A DNA stretch of 64,000 nucleotides from Bdellovibrio sp. Lineage in GTDB: Bacteria; Bdellovibrionota; Bdellovibrionia; Bdellovibrionales; Bdellovibrionaceae. The translations under genes and the position numbers were made by a program. Shown here in pieces: positions 9,974-20,708 of the stretch (positions are counted from its first letter, which is position 1; each line of letters starts with the position of its first letter). The notes under the pieces are model-generated. The model was given only the letters and a program-made list of their open reading frames with translations. It did no database searches and was not told the origin of the DNA. The stretch lies in contig JAKFCY010000002.1 in the NCBI GenBank assembly GCA_036676395.1, positions 896,001 to 960,000 on the forward strand, given 5' to 3'.

Positions 9974-12235
9974 CTAGCTGTAATGAAATTCTAACATCTT
10001 GTTTGTTTGCGAAAAAGTAACATTAATCTTTCCGCCATTTTTTAATTTACCGAATAATAACTCATCGATGATACGGGCTTTCACCAGCTCATCAATTTTA
10101 CGGTGCAGCGGTCGAGCGCCATACACCGGGTCATAGCCAGATTCAGCAATAAAAGTAACTGCTGAATCGTCATACATAAAATCAACTTTTTTAGCTGCCA
10201 GGGTGTGTTTTAGCTCGGTTAAAAATTTATCGACGATATTTTTGATTAAATCTAATGTTAAACCGTTAAAATAAATAATTTTATCTAAACGATTAATAAA
10301 TTCTGGGGCAAAAGTTTTTTTGATGGCTTCGGCGCTGACTTGACCGGGCATACTTTTTCCTAGACCAATGCTTCCGCGGGCAACATCGGCAGCTCCTGCA
10401 TTTGAAGTCATCACTAAAATAGAATTTTTAAAATCCACAGTTCGTCCGTTACCATCTGTTAAGCGGCCGCCATCCATAATTTGTAATAAAATATTGTAAA
10501 TATCTGAATGCGCTTTTTCAATTTCATCTAATAAAATTAAAGAGTACGGCGCTTTTGAAACAGCCTCGGTAAGTTGTCCGCCTTGTTCAAAGCCCACATA
10601 TCCCGGAGGCGCCCCGACAAGGCGCGAGATCGAGTGTTTTTCCATGTACTCACTCATATCAAAGCGTTGGTAATTAACGCCAAGAATTCGCGCCAGTTGT
10701 TTACAGACTTCGGTTTTACCAACACCGGTTGGGCCTGCAAATAAAAAGCTTCCCCACGGTTTTTCTTTGGTTTCTAAACCACTTCTGGCAAATTTAATCG
10801 CCTGAGTTAAGGCCGAGATCGCATCATCTTGGCCAAAGATTAAAGATTTAAGTTTGATATCTAAATCTTTAAGCTGGCTTAAATCATCTGATGATAATTG
10901 TGTTGTCGGTACACCTGAAATTTTTGAAATGATCGCTGCTACGTCTTCAACATCGACTGTTTTTTGTTTTTTTAGCTTAGTGGTTGAACCCACTTCATCT
11001 AAGATATCAATCGCTTTATCCGGAAGTTTTGCTGAAGTTAAATATTTTACTGATAATTCAACACAGGCACGAATCGCAGCTTTTGTGTAAGTCACATCAT
11101 GAAATTTTTCATATTGAGCTTTTAGGGCTTCTAAAATCTGTACGGTATCTTCGATGGTTGGCTCTTTGATGTCGATGCGCTGAAAACGGCGATTAAGACC
11201 GCGGTCTTTTTCAAAGTGCTGGCGATACTCTTGAAAAGTTGTGGCGCCAATACAAGAAATTTCACCTTTAGAAAGGGCAGGCTTTAATAAGTTTGCCGCA
11301 TCCATTGAAGAGCCAGAGGTTGATCCAGCGCCTACGATATTATGAATTTCATCAATGAATAAAATAATATTCGGGTCGGCTTTGGCTTCTTTTAAAATAT
11401 TTTTTAAGCGGCCTTCAAAATCACCACGGTATTTTGCACCAGCTAAAAGCGAACCCACATCGACAGAATAAATGACTTTATTTAATAAAAATTCAGGAAC
11501 TTGGCCCTGGTTAATTTTTTCAGCTAAACCTTCAACGATGGCTGTCTTACCAACACCGCTGTCACCAATAATTAAAGGGTTGTTTTTTTGGCGACGACCT
11601 AAAGTTTGAATCATTTTTTCAATGATATCTTCGCGCCCTACTAAGGGATCTTTTTTGCCACTGCGTGCGTAATCATTTAGATTAATCGCAAAATCTTCTA
11701 ATGCTGTTGATTTTTTATCAGCAGCATTAGAAGCGCGCGTATCATCAGTCGTTGATTCAGTTCCTGACGGAGAGCTGGCTGATAACTCGTGGCTTACGAC
11801 CGAGATCACATCAAATTGGCTTAGACCCATTTTTTGTAAAACAAAAGCAGCTTTCGATTTTTTTTCATCAAAGACAGAAATGAAAACTGAAAGCTCATTG
11901 ATTTCAGATCTTCCAGAGTTTTGCATTTGCAAGGCCGCGCGTTCAAAAGCACGATGAACTGAAACGGTGAGTTGAGCTTTCCATTCGTTCAGATCGCCTT
12001 CTGGACTTAAAACTTTTTTCTCGTCGTCAGAAAGCGTTTCGTTTTTATTAATATGTTTTTGTAATTCTTTTTTAACTTCGGCGACATTCACATTTAGTTT
12101 ATCGCAAACTTCAATCACCTGCGGCGCTTCTAGCAGAGTAAATGTGAAATGCTCAAGCGTAACAAATTCATGCGATTTTTTGGTCGCAAGATCGATGGCT
12201 TTACCTAATCTTTTATCAAGTTCTTTAGATATCAT
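9974..12235 (-). CDS. clpA: ATP-dependent Clp protease ATP-binding subunit ClpA
   Basis: Two AAA+ modules ([16 protein letters not shown]), no ClpB middle domain, adjacent to clpS. Confidence 0.95.
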   Translation of the reverse strand: MISKELDKRLGKAIDLATKKSHEFVTLEHFTFTLLEAPQVIEVCDKLNVNVAEVKKELQKHINKNETLSDDEKKVLSPEGDLNEWKAQLTVSVHRAFERAALQMQNSGRSEINELSVFISVFDEKKSKAAFVLQKMGLSQFDVISVVSHELSASSPSGTESTTDDTRASNAADKKSTALEDFAINLNDYARSGKKDPLVGREDIIEKMIQTLGRRQKNNPLIIGDSGVGKTAIVEGLAEKINQGQVPEFLLNKVIYSVDVGSLLAGAKYRGDFEGRLKNILKEAKADPNIILFIDEIHNIVGAGSTSGSSMDAANLLKPALSKGEISCIGATTFQEYRQHFEKDRGLNRRFQRIDIKEPTIEDTVQILEALKAQYEKFHDVTYTKAAIRACVELSVKYLTSAKLPDKAIDILDEVGSTTKLKKQKTVDVEDVAAIISKISGVPTTQLSSDDLSQLKDLDIKLKSLIFGQDDAISALTQAIKFARSGLETKEKPWGSFLFAGPTGVGKTEVCKQLARILGVNYQRFDMSEYMEKHSISRLVGAPPGYVGFEQGGQLTEAVSKAPYSLILLDEIEKAHSDIYNILLQIMDGGRLTDGNGRTVDFKNSILVMTSNAGAADVARGSIGLGKSMPGQVSAEAIKKTFAPEFINRLDKIIYFNGLTLDLIKNIVDKFLTELKHTLAAKKVDFMYDDSAVTFIAESGYDPVYGARPLHRKIDELVKARIIDELLFGKLKNGGKINVTFSQTNKMLEFHYS

Positions 12236-12246
12236 AAGTTCCGCCT

Positions 12247-12660
12247 TTACTTGTCTTCTTCAACAATACATTTTAACGGGTATTTATTGCTTTTAGCAAA
12301 CTGGTTCACTTGTAAGGCTTTGGTTTCAGCCACTTCAAAAGTATACACCCCCGCGACACCAGAACCTAGTTTATGGACGTCTAGCATGATCTTTTCTGCG
12401 CTTTTGTCGTCATGTTTAAAAAAAGTTTTTAAAACATAAACAACAAAATCCATCGGTGTGTAATCATCATTTAAAAGTAAAACTTTATAAAGACTAGGCT
12501 CTTCAGTTTCGACTTCATCCAATAAATCAATACCGGTTGCAGAATCGTTCTTGCCGCCACTATCATTTTGTCCAGATAACTGGATTTTGTAGAATGAAGA
12601 AACATGTGTTTTGCCTTTGGCAAAGTCGTTCTCAGGTTGATACGTGTTTGTTTGATACAT
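12247..12660 (-). CDS. clpS: Clp protease adaptor ClpS
   Basis: YKVLLLNDDYTPMDFVV...YPLKC. ATG at 12660 is the likely start. Confidence 0.95.
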   Translation of the reverse strand: MYQTNTYQPENDFAKGKTHVSSFYKIQLSGQNDSGGKNDSATGIDLLDEVETEEPSLYKVLLLNDDYTPMDFVVYVLKTFFKHDDKSAEKIMLDVHKLGSGVAGVYTFEVAETKALQVNQFAKSNKYPLKCIVEEDK

Positions 12661-12793
12661 AATTATTATTCTAGTCAAGGTACGGTTAAAATCAACGAAC
12701 AAAATTCATTTCAATACTTGTCAACGCCGATGAATGTTATAATATTTAGGTGTGTGTCGTTACTTATTAAATATAAAAGGGGATAAAGTTATT

Positions 12794-13393
12794 ATGAAAA
12801 ACACTGGGACGTTAAACAATAAAGGTTTCTCGCTAGTTGAGCTTATGATCGTTGTCGCGATCATCGGTTTATTAGCCGCTGTGGGTGTACCACAGTATCA
12901 AAAATTCCAAGCACGTGCTCGCCAAGGTGAAGCTAAATCTTCATTAAGCGCATTGTATGCAGCTGAGCAAAGTTTCTACGGTGAATGGAATCAATATTCA
13001 GTAGATTTAAAAAACATTGGTTTCGGGGTAACTGGAACTGGTTTAAGATATGTTACTGGATTCTCTGGGACTGCAGCATGTGCACCTTATACTACAGCTA
13101 ACGGTGCTCCGACAGAATTAACAACTATTGAAAACCGATGGAGTGACGGTACGGCTATTTGTACGACGCAATCGCCCGCAACTTGGGGAACAGGTACTAA
13201 CTGTACAAAGTATTTCACAACTAAACCAGCTCAGCCTGCGACAACTACAGCTTGCGCAAACACTGCTGGAGCTCAGGCTTTTACAGGCGTAGCCGGTGGT
13301 AATCCAAATAATAAGTTATCAACTACAACAACTGATATTTGGAGTATTAATCAACTTAAAAAAATCGCTAACAACACGCCAGGTATTCAATAA
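12794..13393 (+). CDS. pilA: Type IVa major pilin
   Basis: Prepilin cleavage motif KG|FSLVELMIVVAIIGLLAA; GGGGA RBS; four Cys in the C-terminal domain; followed by a strong terminator. Confidence 0.85.
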   Translation: MKNTGTLNNKGFSLVELMIVVAIIGLLAAVGVPQYQKFQARARQGEAKSSLSALYAAEQSFYGEWNQYSVDLKNIGFGVTGTGLRYVTGFSGTAACAPYTTANGAPTELTTIENRWSDGTAICTTQSPATWGTGTNCTKYFTTKPAQPATTTACANTAGAQAFTGVAGGNPNNKLSTTTTDIWSINQLKKIANNTPGIQ

Positions 13394-13397
13394 GCTA

Positions 13398-14060
13398 ATG
13401 CTTAACTTAGTACTAGGTCTATCAGTTTTAATAACGTGGCTTTCGAGCCACGTTTTTTTTTCTAAAAGCTATGATCGCTTTGAAGAGCCTTATCTTGCGC
13501 CACCAAAATCAATCCAACATTTTACGGCGGGTTTTAAAATTCAAGTGGCCGATTCATTATGGATGCGTGCCGTTCAAGATTTCGATCACTGTTCAAATCG
13601 TTTAGCTGAAAATGTCTGCGAAGGTAATTCGTGGTTGTATTCAGTTTTAGATTTAGCTAGTACGCTTGATTCAAGACTAGAGCCGGTGATGTATCAAACC
13701 GGCGGATTAGCCCTTTCAATTTTAGTCGGTGATGTTGAAGGTGGGGCAAAAATACTTGAGCGTGGCAGCCGAGTTTATCCTGACAATTGGCAAATTTCTT
13801 ATGCTGCTGGTTATCATGCCTTATACGAAGAAAAAAACAAAGCCAAGGCCGCCAGATATTATTTGCGGGCTTCAGAAAAAGGCGCACCTGATTGGACACG
13901 TTTGCTTGCGGGCCGTTTAGCCAGTGAAGGCGGCGATATTGAGTATGCCGATAAGATCTTAGAAGACATGATTGCTCAAAACCAAGACGAAAAGCTCGTA
14001 AAACGCCTAAAACTTAAACTAGAAGAAGCTAAGTCAGAAAATAAGACGCTGACGAAGTAA
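13398..14060 (+). CDS. Pilin-associated TPR-like membrane-anchored protein
   Basis: ATG 4 nt after the pilin stop; N-terminal TM; helical repeats (PDNWQISYAAGY). Confidence 0.65.
   Translation: MLNLVLGLSVLITWLSSHVFFSKSYDRFEEPYLAPPKSIQHFTAGFKIQVADSLWMRAVQDFDHCSNRLAENVCEGNSWLYSVLDLASTLDSRLEPVMYQTGGLALSILVGDVEGGAKILERGSRVYPDNWQISYAAGYHALYEEKNKAKAARYYLRASEKGAPDWTRLLAGRLASEGGDIEYADKILEDMIAQNQDEKLVKRLKLKLEEAKSENKTLTK
13433..13461 (+). terminator. Intrinsic terminator after the pilin, located inside the next CDS
   Basis: aacgtggct-TTCG-agccacgtt, with a T9 run at 13453-13461 that includes the last two stem bases. Confidence 0.8.
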
Positions 14061-14078
14061 AAAACTCTCTTTTCCATT

Positions 14079-14108
14079 CTTGACCTTTGCGATGAAGACC
14101 TCCTATTT
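14079..14108 (+). promoter_or_regulatory. Sigma32 (RpoH)-like promoter of dnaJ
   Basis: CTTGAC-N15-CTCCTATTT; same architecture as the site upstream of dnaK. Confidence 0.55.
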
Positions 14109-14117
14109 TAGTCTGCT

Positions 14118-15248
14118 ATGTCTACAAAGCGCGATTACTATGAAATTCTGAGTGTTGAACGTAACGCTGATGGCGATACGATTAAAAAAGCTTACCGAAA
14201 GCTGGCGATGCAGTATCATCCGGATCGTAATCCCGGCGATAAAGCAGCCGAAGATAAATTTAAAGAAGCAGCCGAAGCTTACGAAGTTTTAAGTTCACCA
14301 GAAAAAAAAGAAAAGTACGATCGTTTTGGTCACCAAGCCTTTCAGCAGGGCGCTGGTGGTGGCGGTGGCTTCCATGACATGAACGATATTTTTTCGCAAT
14401 TTGGCGATGTGTTCGGTGATTTTTTCGGCGGCGGCGGAAGCCCTTTTGGCCAATCGCGCGGTGGTCAGTCGCGTCCACGCGGTCCACGTAAAGGATCAGA
14501 TCTGCGCTACATCACTGAAGTTGAATTAGCTTCGGTTTTATCTGATGGTGAAAAACAAGTTGAATTTGAAACTGAAGAGCACTGCTCTGATTGTAATGGT
14601 TCAGGCGCCGCTAAAGGGTCGCAAGCTGTAACTTGCAAAGTGTGTAAAGGCCAAGGCCAAGTGATTCGTCAACAGGGCTTTTTTACCATGGCGACAACTT
14701 GCTCAGCGTGCGAAGGCACGGGCGAAACGATCGAAAATCCATGCAAAACTTGTCATGGCAAAGGCCGCGCAAAAGTAAAACGTAAAATTAAAGTAAACCT
14801 TCCAGCCGGTGTTGATAACGGCACACGCCTTCGTATTCAAGGCGAAGGTGAAGGCGGCTACAAAGGTGGCCCTGCCGGAGATTTATTTGTCGAAATCAGA
14901 GTGAAAGATCACGATGTGTATGAGCGCGAAGGTGATCATTTATTTGCTGATCTTGATATTGCCTTTGAGCAATTTATGTTAGGCGGCGAAATTAAAGTCG
15001 ATGGCCTGGATGGCGAAATCGAAGTTGATGTGCCACGCGGTGCTCAACCTGGCGATAAAATCAAAATCTCAGGACGAGGCGTTCCGTCTTTACGAGGCTC
15101 ACGCCGAGGCGATTTGCTCTTCACATTACACCCAGAATTCCCTAAAAAAGTGACTCCTGAAGAGGAGGCTTTGCTGAGACAGTTAGCAGAGCTGCGTAAG
15201 ATCAAGGTCGGTAACGAGAAAAAGGGCTTTTTTGGACGTAAAAAATAG
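14118..15248 (+). CDS. dnaJ: Chaperone DnaJ
   Basis: J domain with HPD, G/F region, four CxxCxGxG repeats. Confidence 0.97.
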   Translation: MSTKRDYYEILSVERNADGDTIKKAYRKLAMQYHPDRNPGDKAAEDKFKEAAEAYEVLSSPEKKEKYDRFGHQAFQQGAGGGGGFHDMNDIFSQFGDVFGDFFGGGGSPFGQSRGGQSRPRGPRKGSDLRYITEVELASVLSDGEKQVEFETEEHCSDCNGSGAAKGSQAVTCKVCKGQGQVIRQQGFFTMATTCSACEGTGETIENPCKTCHGKGRAKVKRKIKVNLPAGVDNGTRLRIQGEGEGGYKGGPAGDLFVEIRVKDHDVYEREGDHLFADLDIAFEQFMLGGEIKVDGLDGEIEVDVPRGAQPGDKIKISGRGVPSLRGSRRGDLLFTLHPEFPKKVTPEEEALLRQLAELRKIKVGNEKKGFFGRKK

Positions 15249-15270
15249 CCAAAAAGTAGGGTTTCGAGAC

Positions 15271-15300
15271 CTTGACGAGGTCAGAATGCGACCCACATTA
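15271..15300 (+). promoter_or_regulatory. Sigma32 (RpoH)-like promoter of dnaK
   Basis: CTTGAC-N15-CCCACATTA. Confidence 0.6.
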
Positions 15301-15369
15301 ATAGTAATTAAAAATAAGAATTTATATAATTAAAGATTAAGTAAAAAGAATAATTGGAGATAAAAGAAC

Positions 15370-17292
15370 ATGGGAAAAATTATCGGTATTGACTTAGGAA
15401 CTACAAATTCATGCGTAGCTATTATGGAGGGCGGAGAGCCTAAAGTATTAGTTAACGAAGAAGGCGCACGCACAACCCCTTCAGTTGTAGCTTTCACTAA
15501 AGATGGCGATCGTTTAGTTGGTCAAATTGCTAAACGCCAAGCTGTAACAAATCCAGAAAACACAATCTTTTCTGCGAAACGTTTTATCGGTCGCAGATAT
15601 GAAGAAGTTCAAAGTGAATTAAAATTAATTCCGTACACTGTTGAATCAAAAAATAACGGTGCAGATACGGCCTTTAAAATTCAAGGTGGCAAATCAGCTT
15701 CACCAGAAGAAATCGGCGCAGCCGTTTTAGGTAAATTAAAAAAAGTTGCTGAAGATTATTTAGGTGCTGAAGTTACGGATGCAGTTATTACTGTTCCTGC
15801 GTATTTTAACGATGCGCAAAGACAAGCAACTAAAGATGCAGGCCGTATTGCTGGCTTAAATGTTCGTCGTATTATCAACGAACCAACAGCAGCAGCATTA
15901 GCTTACGGTTTAGATAAAAAGAAAGATCAAAAAATTGTAATCTACGATTTCGGTGGTGGTACATTTGATATCTCTATTTTAGAAGTTGGTGACGGCGTTG
16001 TTGAAGTTAAATCAACAAACGGTGACACTCACTTAGGTGGTGATAACTTTGACGTGATCATCTTAGAATGGTTAATCACTGAATTCAAAAAAGACCAAGG
16101 TATCGATCTTAAGAATGATAAAATGGCTTTACAACGTCTTAAAGAGGCAGCTGAAAAAGCTAAGATCGAATTATCTTCGGCGCAAGAATCAGACATTAAT
16201 TTACCGTTCATCACGGCAGATCAATCTGGCCCTAAACATTTACAAATTAAATTAACACGTTCTAAATTCGATCAAATGACTGAAGATTTAGTGAAACGCT
16301 CTATCGAGCCATGCAAAAAAGCTTTAGCTGATGCGGGCATTTCGACAGCACAAATCGACGAAGTGGTTTTAGTGGGTGGTTCGACGCGTATTCCTTCTAT
16401 CCAAAAAGCTGTGAAAGACTTTTTCGGTAAAGAACCAAATAGAACTGTGAACCCAGATGAAGTTGTAGCTTTAGGGGCTGCGGTTCAAGGTGGGGTATTA
16501 GCGGGTGATGTTAAAGACGTTTTATTATTAGACGTAACGCCGTTATCACTTGGTATTGAAACTATGGGTGGCGTAATGACGACTCTTATCGAGCGTAATA
16601 CGACAATTCCATCGAAAAAATCTCAGGTGTTCTCAACTGCTGCAGATAATCAACCAGGCGTTGATATTCACGTGTTACAAGGCGAACGTAAAATGGCTAC
16701 TGATAATAAATCTTTAGGCCGCTTCGAGTTGTCTGGAATTGCTCCAGCTCCTCGTGGTATGCCGCAAATCGAAGTGGTTTTTGATATCGATGCGAATGGT
16801 ATCTTACATGTATCTGCATTAGATAAAGCGACGAACAAATCGCAACAAATCAAAATCACGGCGCAATCTGGTTTATCTGAAGATGAAATTAAAAAAGCAG
16901 TTAAAGAAGCTGAAATGCAAGCCGACTCTGATAAAGAAAAAGCGGAAGCAGCTCAGACACGTAATAATTTAGATAACTTGATTTACCAAACTGAAAAGTT
17001 GGTCACTGAAAACGCAGAAAAACTTGGCGCGGATGCAGAACCTGTGAAAACAGCAGTAGCAGATGCTAAAAAAGTTTTTGAAAATAAAGCAGCAACTACG
17101 GCTGAATTAAAAGCGGCGTTTGAAGCCTTACAAACTTCATCACACAAAGTGACTGAGGCTTTATATAAAGCTGGCGGCGCACAAGGTGGTGGTGATGGTT
17201 CTGGCGGCGGTAACGGCGCTGGTGGCGCACCTAAAGACGAGAAAAAAGAAGGCGACGATGTCATCGACGCTGACTTTAAAGACGTTAACTAA
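15370..17292 (+). CDS. dnaK: Chaperone DnaK
   Basis: [19 protein letters not shown] and DFGGGTFD motifs. Confidence 0.98.
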   Translation: MGKIIGIDLGTTNSCVAIMEGGEPKVLVNEEGARTTPSVVAFTKDGDRLVGQIAKRQAVTNPENTIFSAKRFIGRRYEEVQSELKLIPYTVESKNNGADTAFKIQGGKSASPEEIGAAVLGKLKKVAEDYLGAEVTDAVITVPAYFNDAQRQATKDAGRIAGLNVRRIINEPTAAALAYGLDKKKDQKIVIYDFGGGTFDISILEVGDGVVEVKSTNGDTHLGGDNFDVIILEWLITEFKKDQGIDLKNDKMALQRLKEAAEKAKIELSSAQESDINLPFITADQSGPKHLQIKLTRSKFDQMTEDLVKRSIEPCKKALADAGISTAQIDEVVLVGGSTRIPSIQKAVKDFFGKEPNRTVNPDEVVALGAAVQGGVLAGDVKDVLLLDVTPLSLGIETMGGVMTTLIERNTTIPSKKSQVFSTAADNQPGVDIHVLQGERKMATDNKSLGRFELSGIAPAPRGMPQIEVVFDIDANGILHVSALDKATNKSQQIKITAQSGLSEDEIKKAVKEAEMQADSDKEKAEAAQTRNNLDNLIYQTEKLVTENAEKLGADAEPVKTAVADAKKVFENKAATTAELKAAFEALQTSSHKVTEALYKAGGAQGGGDGSGGGNGAGGAPKDEKKEGDDVIDADFKDVN

Positions 17293-17319
17293 TTCGTTTT
17301 AGTGTAAAATTAGCTAAAA

Positions 17320-17345
17320 GGCCGATCAATAGATCGGCTTTTTTT
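17320..17345 (+). terminator. Intrinsic terminator after dnaK
   Basis: gccgatc-aata-gatcggc followed by T7. Confidence 0.85.
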
Positions 17346-17411
17346 ATGCAAAATGGACTATCGAAAAGGTTTCATATTGCCAATTTCAGGGTCATTGGCC
17401 ATACTTTGGAT

Positions 17412-17975
17412 ATGAAAAAAATCACTGCTGAAAACTTCACTTTTACCGCTTTATTAGTCATCGCTGCTGGTTCTCGTTTAATCCAACATAGTTGGAACTT
17501 CACCGCTGTTATGGCTTGTGCTTACGTTTTTGCAATCCTTTTTCAAGGTTCAAAAACCAAAGCTATCTTGCTTCCAGTATTAGCAATGCTTGTGTCAGAT
17601 TTTTTTATCGGTTTAAATTCGCCAAAGTTTTTTCACTCAGCGATGGCGTTTGTTTATTTAGGAATTGGCCTTGCTTTAGTGCCGTTTTTCTTAAATCGTA
17701 AAGTAACAGACAAATCATTAGTTCGTATCGCGGCTATTCTTGGTGGTAGTTCGATCTTTTTCTTAGTTTCAAATTTTGGTGTTTGGGTGATGGATGGCAT
17801 GTACCCAATGACAACGGCTGGCTTAATTCAGTGTTACACAATGGCGATCCCATTTTTTCAAAACCAAATCGCTGCAGATATTATCTTAACTCCGCTTTTA
17901 TTGTTCGCGGCTAAACGCGTGTTAGCTCTTGATTTTTTTCAGGTCGAAGTCGGCCAAAGCAATAAGCGAGCGTAA
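17412..17975 (+). CDS. DUF6580-like putative transport membrane protein
   Basis: Hydrophobic; HSWNFTAV, FFLVSNFGVW and GLIQCYTMAIPFF motifs. Confidence 0.7.
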   Translation: MKKITAENFTFTALLVIAAGSRLIQHSWNFTAVMACAYVFAILFQGSKTKAILLPVLAMLVSDFFIGLNSPKFFHSAMAFVYLGIGLALVPFFLNRKVTDKSLVRIAAILGGSSIFFLVSNFGVWVMDGMYPMTTAGLIQCYTMAIPFFQNQIAADIILTPLLLFAAKRVLALDFFQVEVGQSNKRA

Positions 17976-19040
17976 AGAATTACCGAAGTAATTAATATGG
18001 CCTAATTTCTTTTTAGGTCTATTTTCTTTTTTATCATACCAATGAAGTTTACCTTGCAGGCCGACTAGAATAGTGGGTTTTCTGTACGAAGTGCCCACGA
18101 TATTTTGCATTAAAAAATGTTTTGTCGATTGCACTTCAAGCGGAAACTTTTGATCAGCCACAGCACGTAAATGCATTTCGAACTGATCAAAAGAAAAAGC
18201 ATCTTGCGTGATATGACCTGAATTATGCACGCGAGGCGTGATTTCATTCACTAATAATTTAGAACCGACATCAAATAATTCAAAGTTAATCAGGCCCACA
18301 TAGTTAATGCGATTTAAAAGCGATGTGATTTTTTTAGTAAGTTCATTGCTTGCCGGATGAGTGTCGGGGCCCCATACGCGAAAACACTGTTGATTTTTTT
18401 GCAGCGAATTTAAAAGCGGGTACATAAAAATATCGCCGGCTTTATTGCGGCAGACGATTAATGATTTTTCACTTTTAAAATGCACGAATTTTTCGGCGAT
18501 AAACTGAGTTTCCTGGTTTTTATGGGTGCGTTTAAATAATTCAAACTGCGCTTTAGTTTTAATAATAAAAGTGCCGTGGCCATCGTGGCCGCCTAAGCGT
18601 TTTTTTAAAACCAATTCGCCATCAAAAACTTTATAGGCTGCTTCTAAATCATCTTTGCCGGTGATCTTAATAAAATCGCTGGTCGGAATTTGATAATCCC
18701 ATAAAAGCTCTTTTTGCGGCCAGCGATCTTGTAAAATCGCCAAATGTTCAAGATCAGGAATACAACGTGTTTTTGTTTTTTGTAAACCACGGGCAATCGT
18801 GCGCGCGGGAATAAATTCAGTCTCTAGGGTAATGACTTCAACGGCGCGAGCCAATTTTAAGATATCGTCTTCGTTATAGATTTTACCTTTGATCCAGGCA
18901 TTGGCATAACCAACAGCAGGATCGTCTTTATCCTCTGATAAAACCGTGACGTGAAAACCCATTTGGCGTGCCCGCTGAGTCATCATTTGAGCGAGTTGCC
19001 CGCCACCTAAAATCCCTATCTTTTTTCCGATAATCGCCAT
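17922..19040 (-). CDS. purK: N5-carboxyaminoimidazole ribonucleotide synthase (ATP-grasp)
   Basis: IGILGGGQLAQM and NEITPRVHNSGH motifs. Start is 19040 or 19046. Confidence 0.85.
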   Translation of the reverse strand: MAIIGKKIGILGGGQLAQMMTQRARQMGFHVTVLSEDKDDPAVGYANAWIKGKIYNEDDILKLARAVEVITLETEFIPARTIARGLQKTKTRCIPDLEHLAILQDRWPQKELLWDYQIPTSDFIKITGKDDLEAAYKVFDGELVLKKRLGGHDGHGTFIIKTKAQFELFKRTHKNQETQFIAEKFVHFKSEKSLIVCRNKAGDIFMYPLLNSLQKNQQCFRVWGPDTHPASNELTKKITSLLNRINYVGLINFELFDVGSKLLVNEITPRVHNSGHITQDAFSFDQFEMHLRAVADQKFPLEVQSTKHFLMQNIVGTSYRKPTILVGLQGKLHWYDKKENRPKKKLGHINYFGNSLRSLIALADFDLKKIKS

Positions 19041-19051
19041 ACACATACATT

Positions 19052-20092
19052 ATGCAATTTAGTTTTCCGTTATGTCTAGCCCCAATGGTGGGATTATCTC
19101 ACGTAGTTTTGCGAAAAATCGTTTTCGATTATATGCCGCAAGGACATGAGACTATTTGGCCAACCGAGATGCTAAATTCGCGCAGGGTACCGCAAGAAAA
19201 ATTAGGCGAAACCGCAGAAACTTTATTATTTGAAGGTGAACGCAACTTGGTTCCGCAAATTTTAGGTAACGAAAAAGCCGACATTCAAAAAACAATTCAC
19301 AAAATGATTTATGAATGGGGAGACGTCGGCACAGTTTCTGGCATCGACATCAACATGGGGTGCCCCGTGCAAAAAGCCTTAAAACACAATTACGGCGTCG
19401 CACTTATGGGAGACTTAAATTACGCAGCCCAAGTTGTGGAATTCGCAGCCACAGCCAGTGATAAACCAGTATCGGTCAAACTTCGTGCCGTCGGCAGTGA
19501 TAAATCAATTCCAGAATTAATTCATTTTGTAAAAACATTGCGTGATGCCGGCGCTCAGTGGATCACTTTACATCCACGAACTGCGGCACAAAAACGCCGT
19601 GGCCAAGCCGACTGGAATCAAATCACCGAATTAAAAAAAGCCTTAGATATTCCAATCATCGGTAACGGTGACATTCAAACAGCTGATGATGTTTTTTCGA
19701 TGTTAGAAACCACAGGCTGTGATCTGGTCATGTCGGGCCGTGGTTTGGCGGCGCGCCCATGGATGATGTGGCAAGTGGCCTATCGTAAGGGTTTAACTCA
19801 TGAAATTCCGCCGCTGACTGAATATGAAGAAGGCGCTGAGTACGGAAAAATGCTTTTAAAATTTATCCATTTAAGCCGTCATTTTTTCTGTGAAAAACTT
19901 GGCTATAAACCTGAATACGCCTTTCGTAAAATTCAATTTTTCGTGCGCACTACGCATGTCTGGCTTGAATGGGGTCACCCACTGACTTCAGAAGTAAACC
20001 GTTCAAAAACGTTTGAAGAGATGCTTGAGCGCGTAGAAAAGTTCTTCGCTCAGCCGCAAAGAATGTTGCCTTACACTGAATTACGCCAGTAA
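19052..20092 (+). CDS. tRNA-dihydrouridine synthase family protein
   Basis: LAPMVG, DINMGCP, HPRT, GNGDI and MSGRG motifs. Confidence 0.9.
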   Translation: MQFSFPLCLAPMVGLSHVVLRKIVFDYMPQGHETIWPTEMLNSRRVPQEKLGETAETLLFEGERNLVPQILGNEKADIQKTIHKMIYEWGDVGTVSGIDINMGCPVQKALKHNYGVALMGDLNYAAQVVEFAATASDKPVSVKLRAVGSDKSIPELIHFVKTLRDAGAQWITLHPRTAAQKRRGQADWNQITELKKALDIPIIGNGDIQTADDVFSMLETTGCDLVMSGRGLAARPWMMWQVAYRKGLTHEIPPLTEYEEGAEYGKMLLKFIHLSRHFFCEKLGYKPEYAFRKIQFFVRTTHVWLEWGHPLTSEVNRSKTFEEMLERVEKFFAQPQRMLPYTELRQ

Positions 20093-20102
20093 GCTTTCAA
20101 GT

Positions 20103-20618
20103 ATGCCTTTAGTCATACGCCAATTATCCCCGCAAGATGAAGCTGCCTTTTTTGAAGGAATGAAGCTGTGGTCAGAAAAAGACCTCGGTTGGTATACATT
20201 TTCATGGAAGCCAGGAATGTCATATCAAGATATGCTTAAGATTCTAGAAGATGAATGCGCTGGTCGTAATATAGCTGCAGGACGAGTGGCGCACACAATG
20301 CTCTATGCATTTTTAGATGGTAAAATCATTGGCCGCGTAAGTATTCGTCATGAATTAAATGATTTTTTACTTCGTCGCGGCGGCAACATCGGTTATTCAG
20401 TGGCTGAAAGCTATCGCCGCAAAGGCTTTGCTACCGAGCTTATGAAAGCAGGGATGGATTACTGCAAAACTTTAGGTTTAGCGAAGATCTTGGTCACTTG
20501 TGATGATGAAAATGTGCCATCATGGAAAATCATCGAAAAATTCGATGCCACTTTAGAAAACAAATTTATCGACGAAATCGAGAATAAAACCATTCGCCGC
20601 TATTGGGTAAAATTATAA
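20103..20618 (+). CDS. GNAT N-acetyltransferase
   Basis: GGNIGYSV..SYRRKGFAT and VTCDDEN motifs. Confidence 0.85.
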   Translation: MPLVIRQLSPQDEAAFFEGMKLWSEKDLGWYTFSWKPGMSYQDMLKILEDECAGRNIAAGRVAHTMLYAFLDGKIIGRVSIRHELNDFLLRRGGNIGYSVAESYRRKGFATELMKAGMDYCKTLGLAKILVTCDDENVPSWKIIEKFDATLENKFIDEIENKTIRRYWVKL

Positions 20619-20630
20619 CGCATTAAATTT

Positions 20631-20671
20631 GCTCGGGGTTTAGGTCAACAATGTTGACTGAAGCCCTGAGT
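20631..20671. terminator. Long imperfect hairpin between convergent genes
   Basis: gctcggggtttaggtcaaca pairs with tgttgactgaagccctgagt (~20 bp including G-U); no U-tract. Confidence 0.5.
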
Positions 20672-20708
20672 GCCGAAAACGCGTTATTTTTCTAGAGTTG
20701 ATAACTGA

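Noticed and set aside
12752..13397. ORF-track starts at 12752 and 13296 (also 17346, 23436, 36052, 37144 and 58111)
   Set aside because: Downstream ATGs fit RBSs, signal peptides or family N-termini better and avoid long overlaps.
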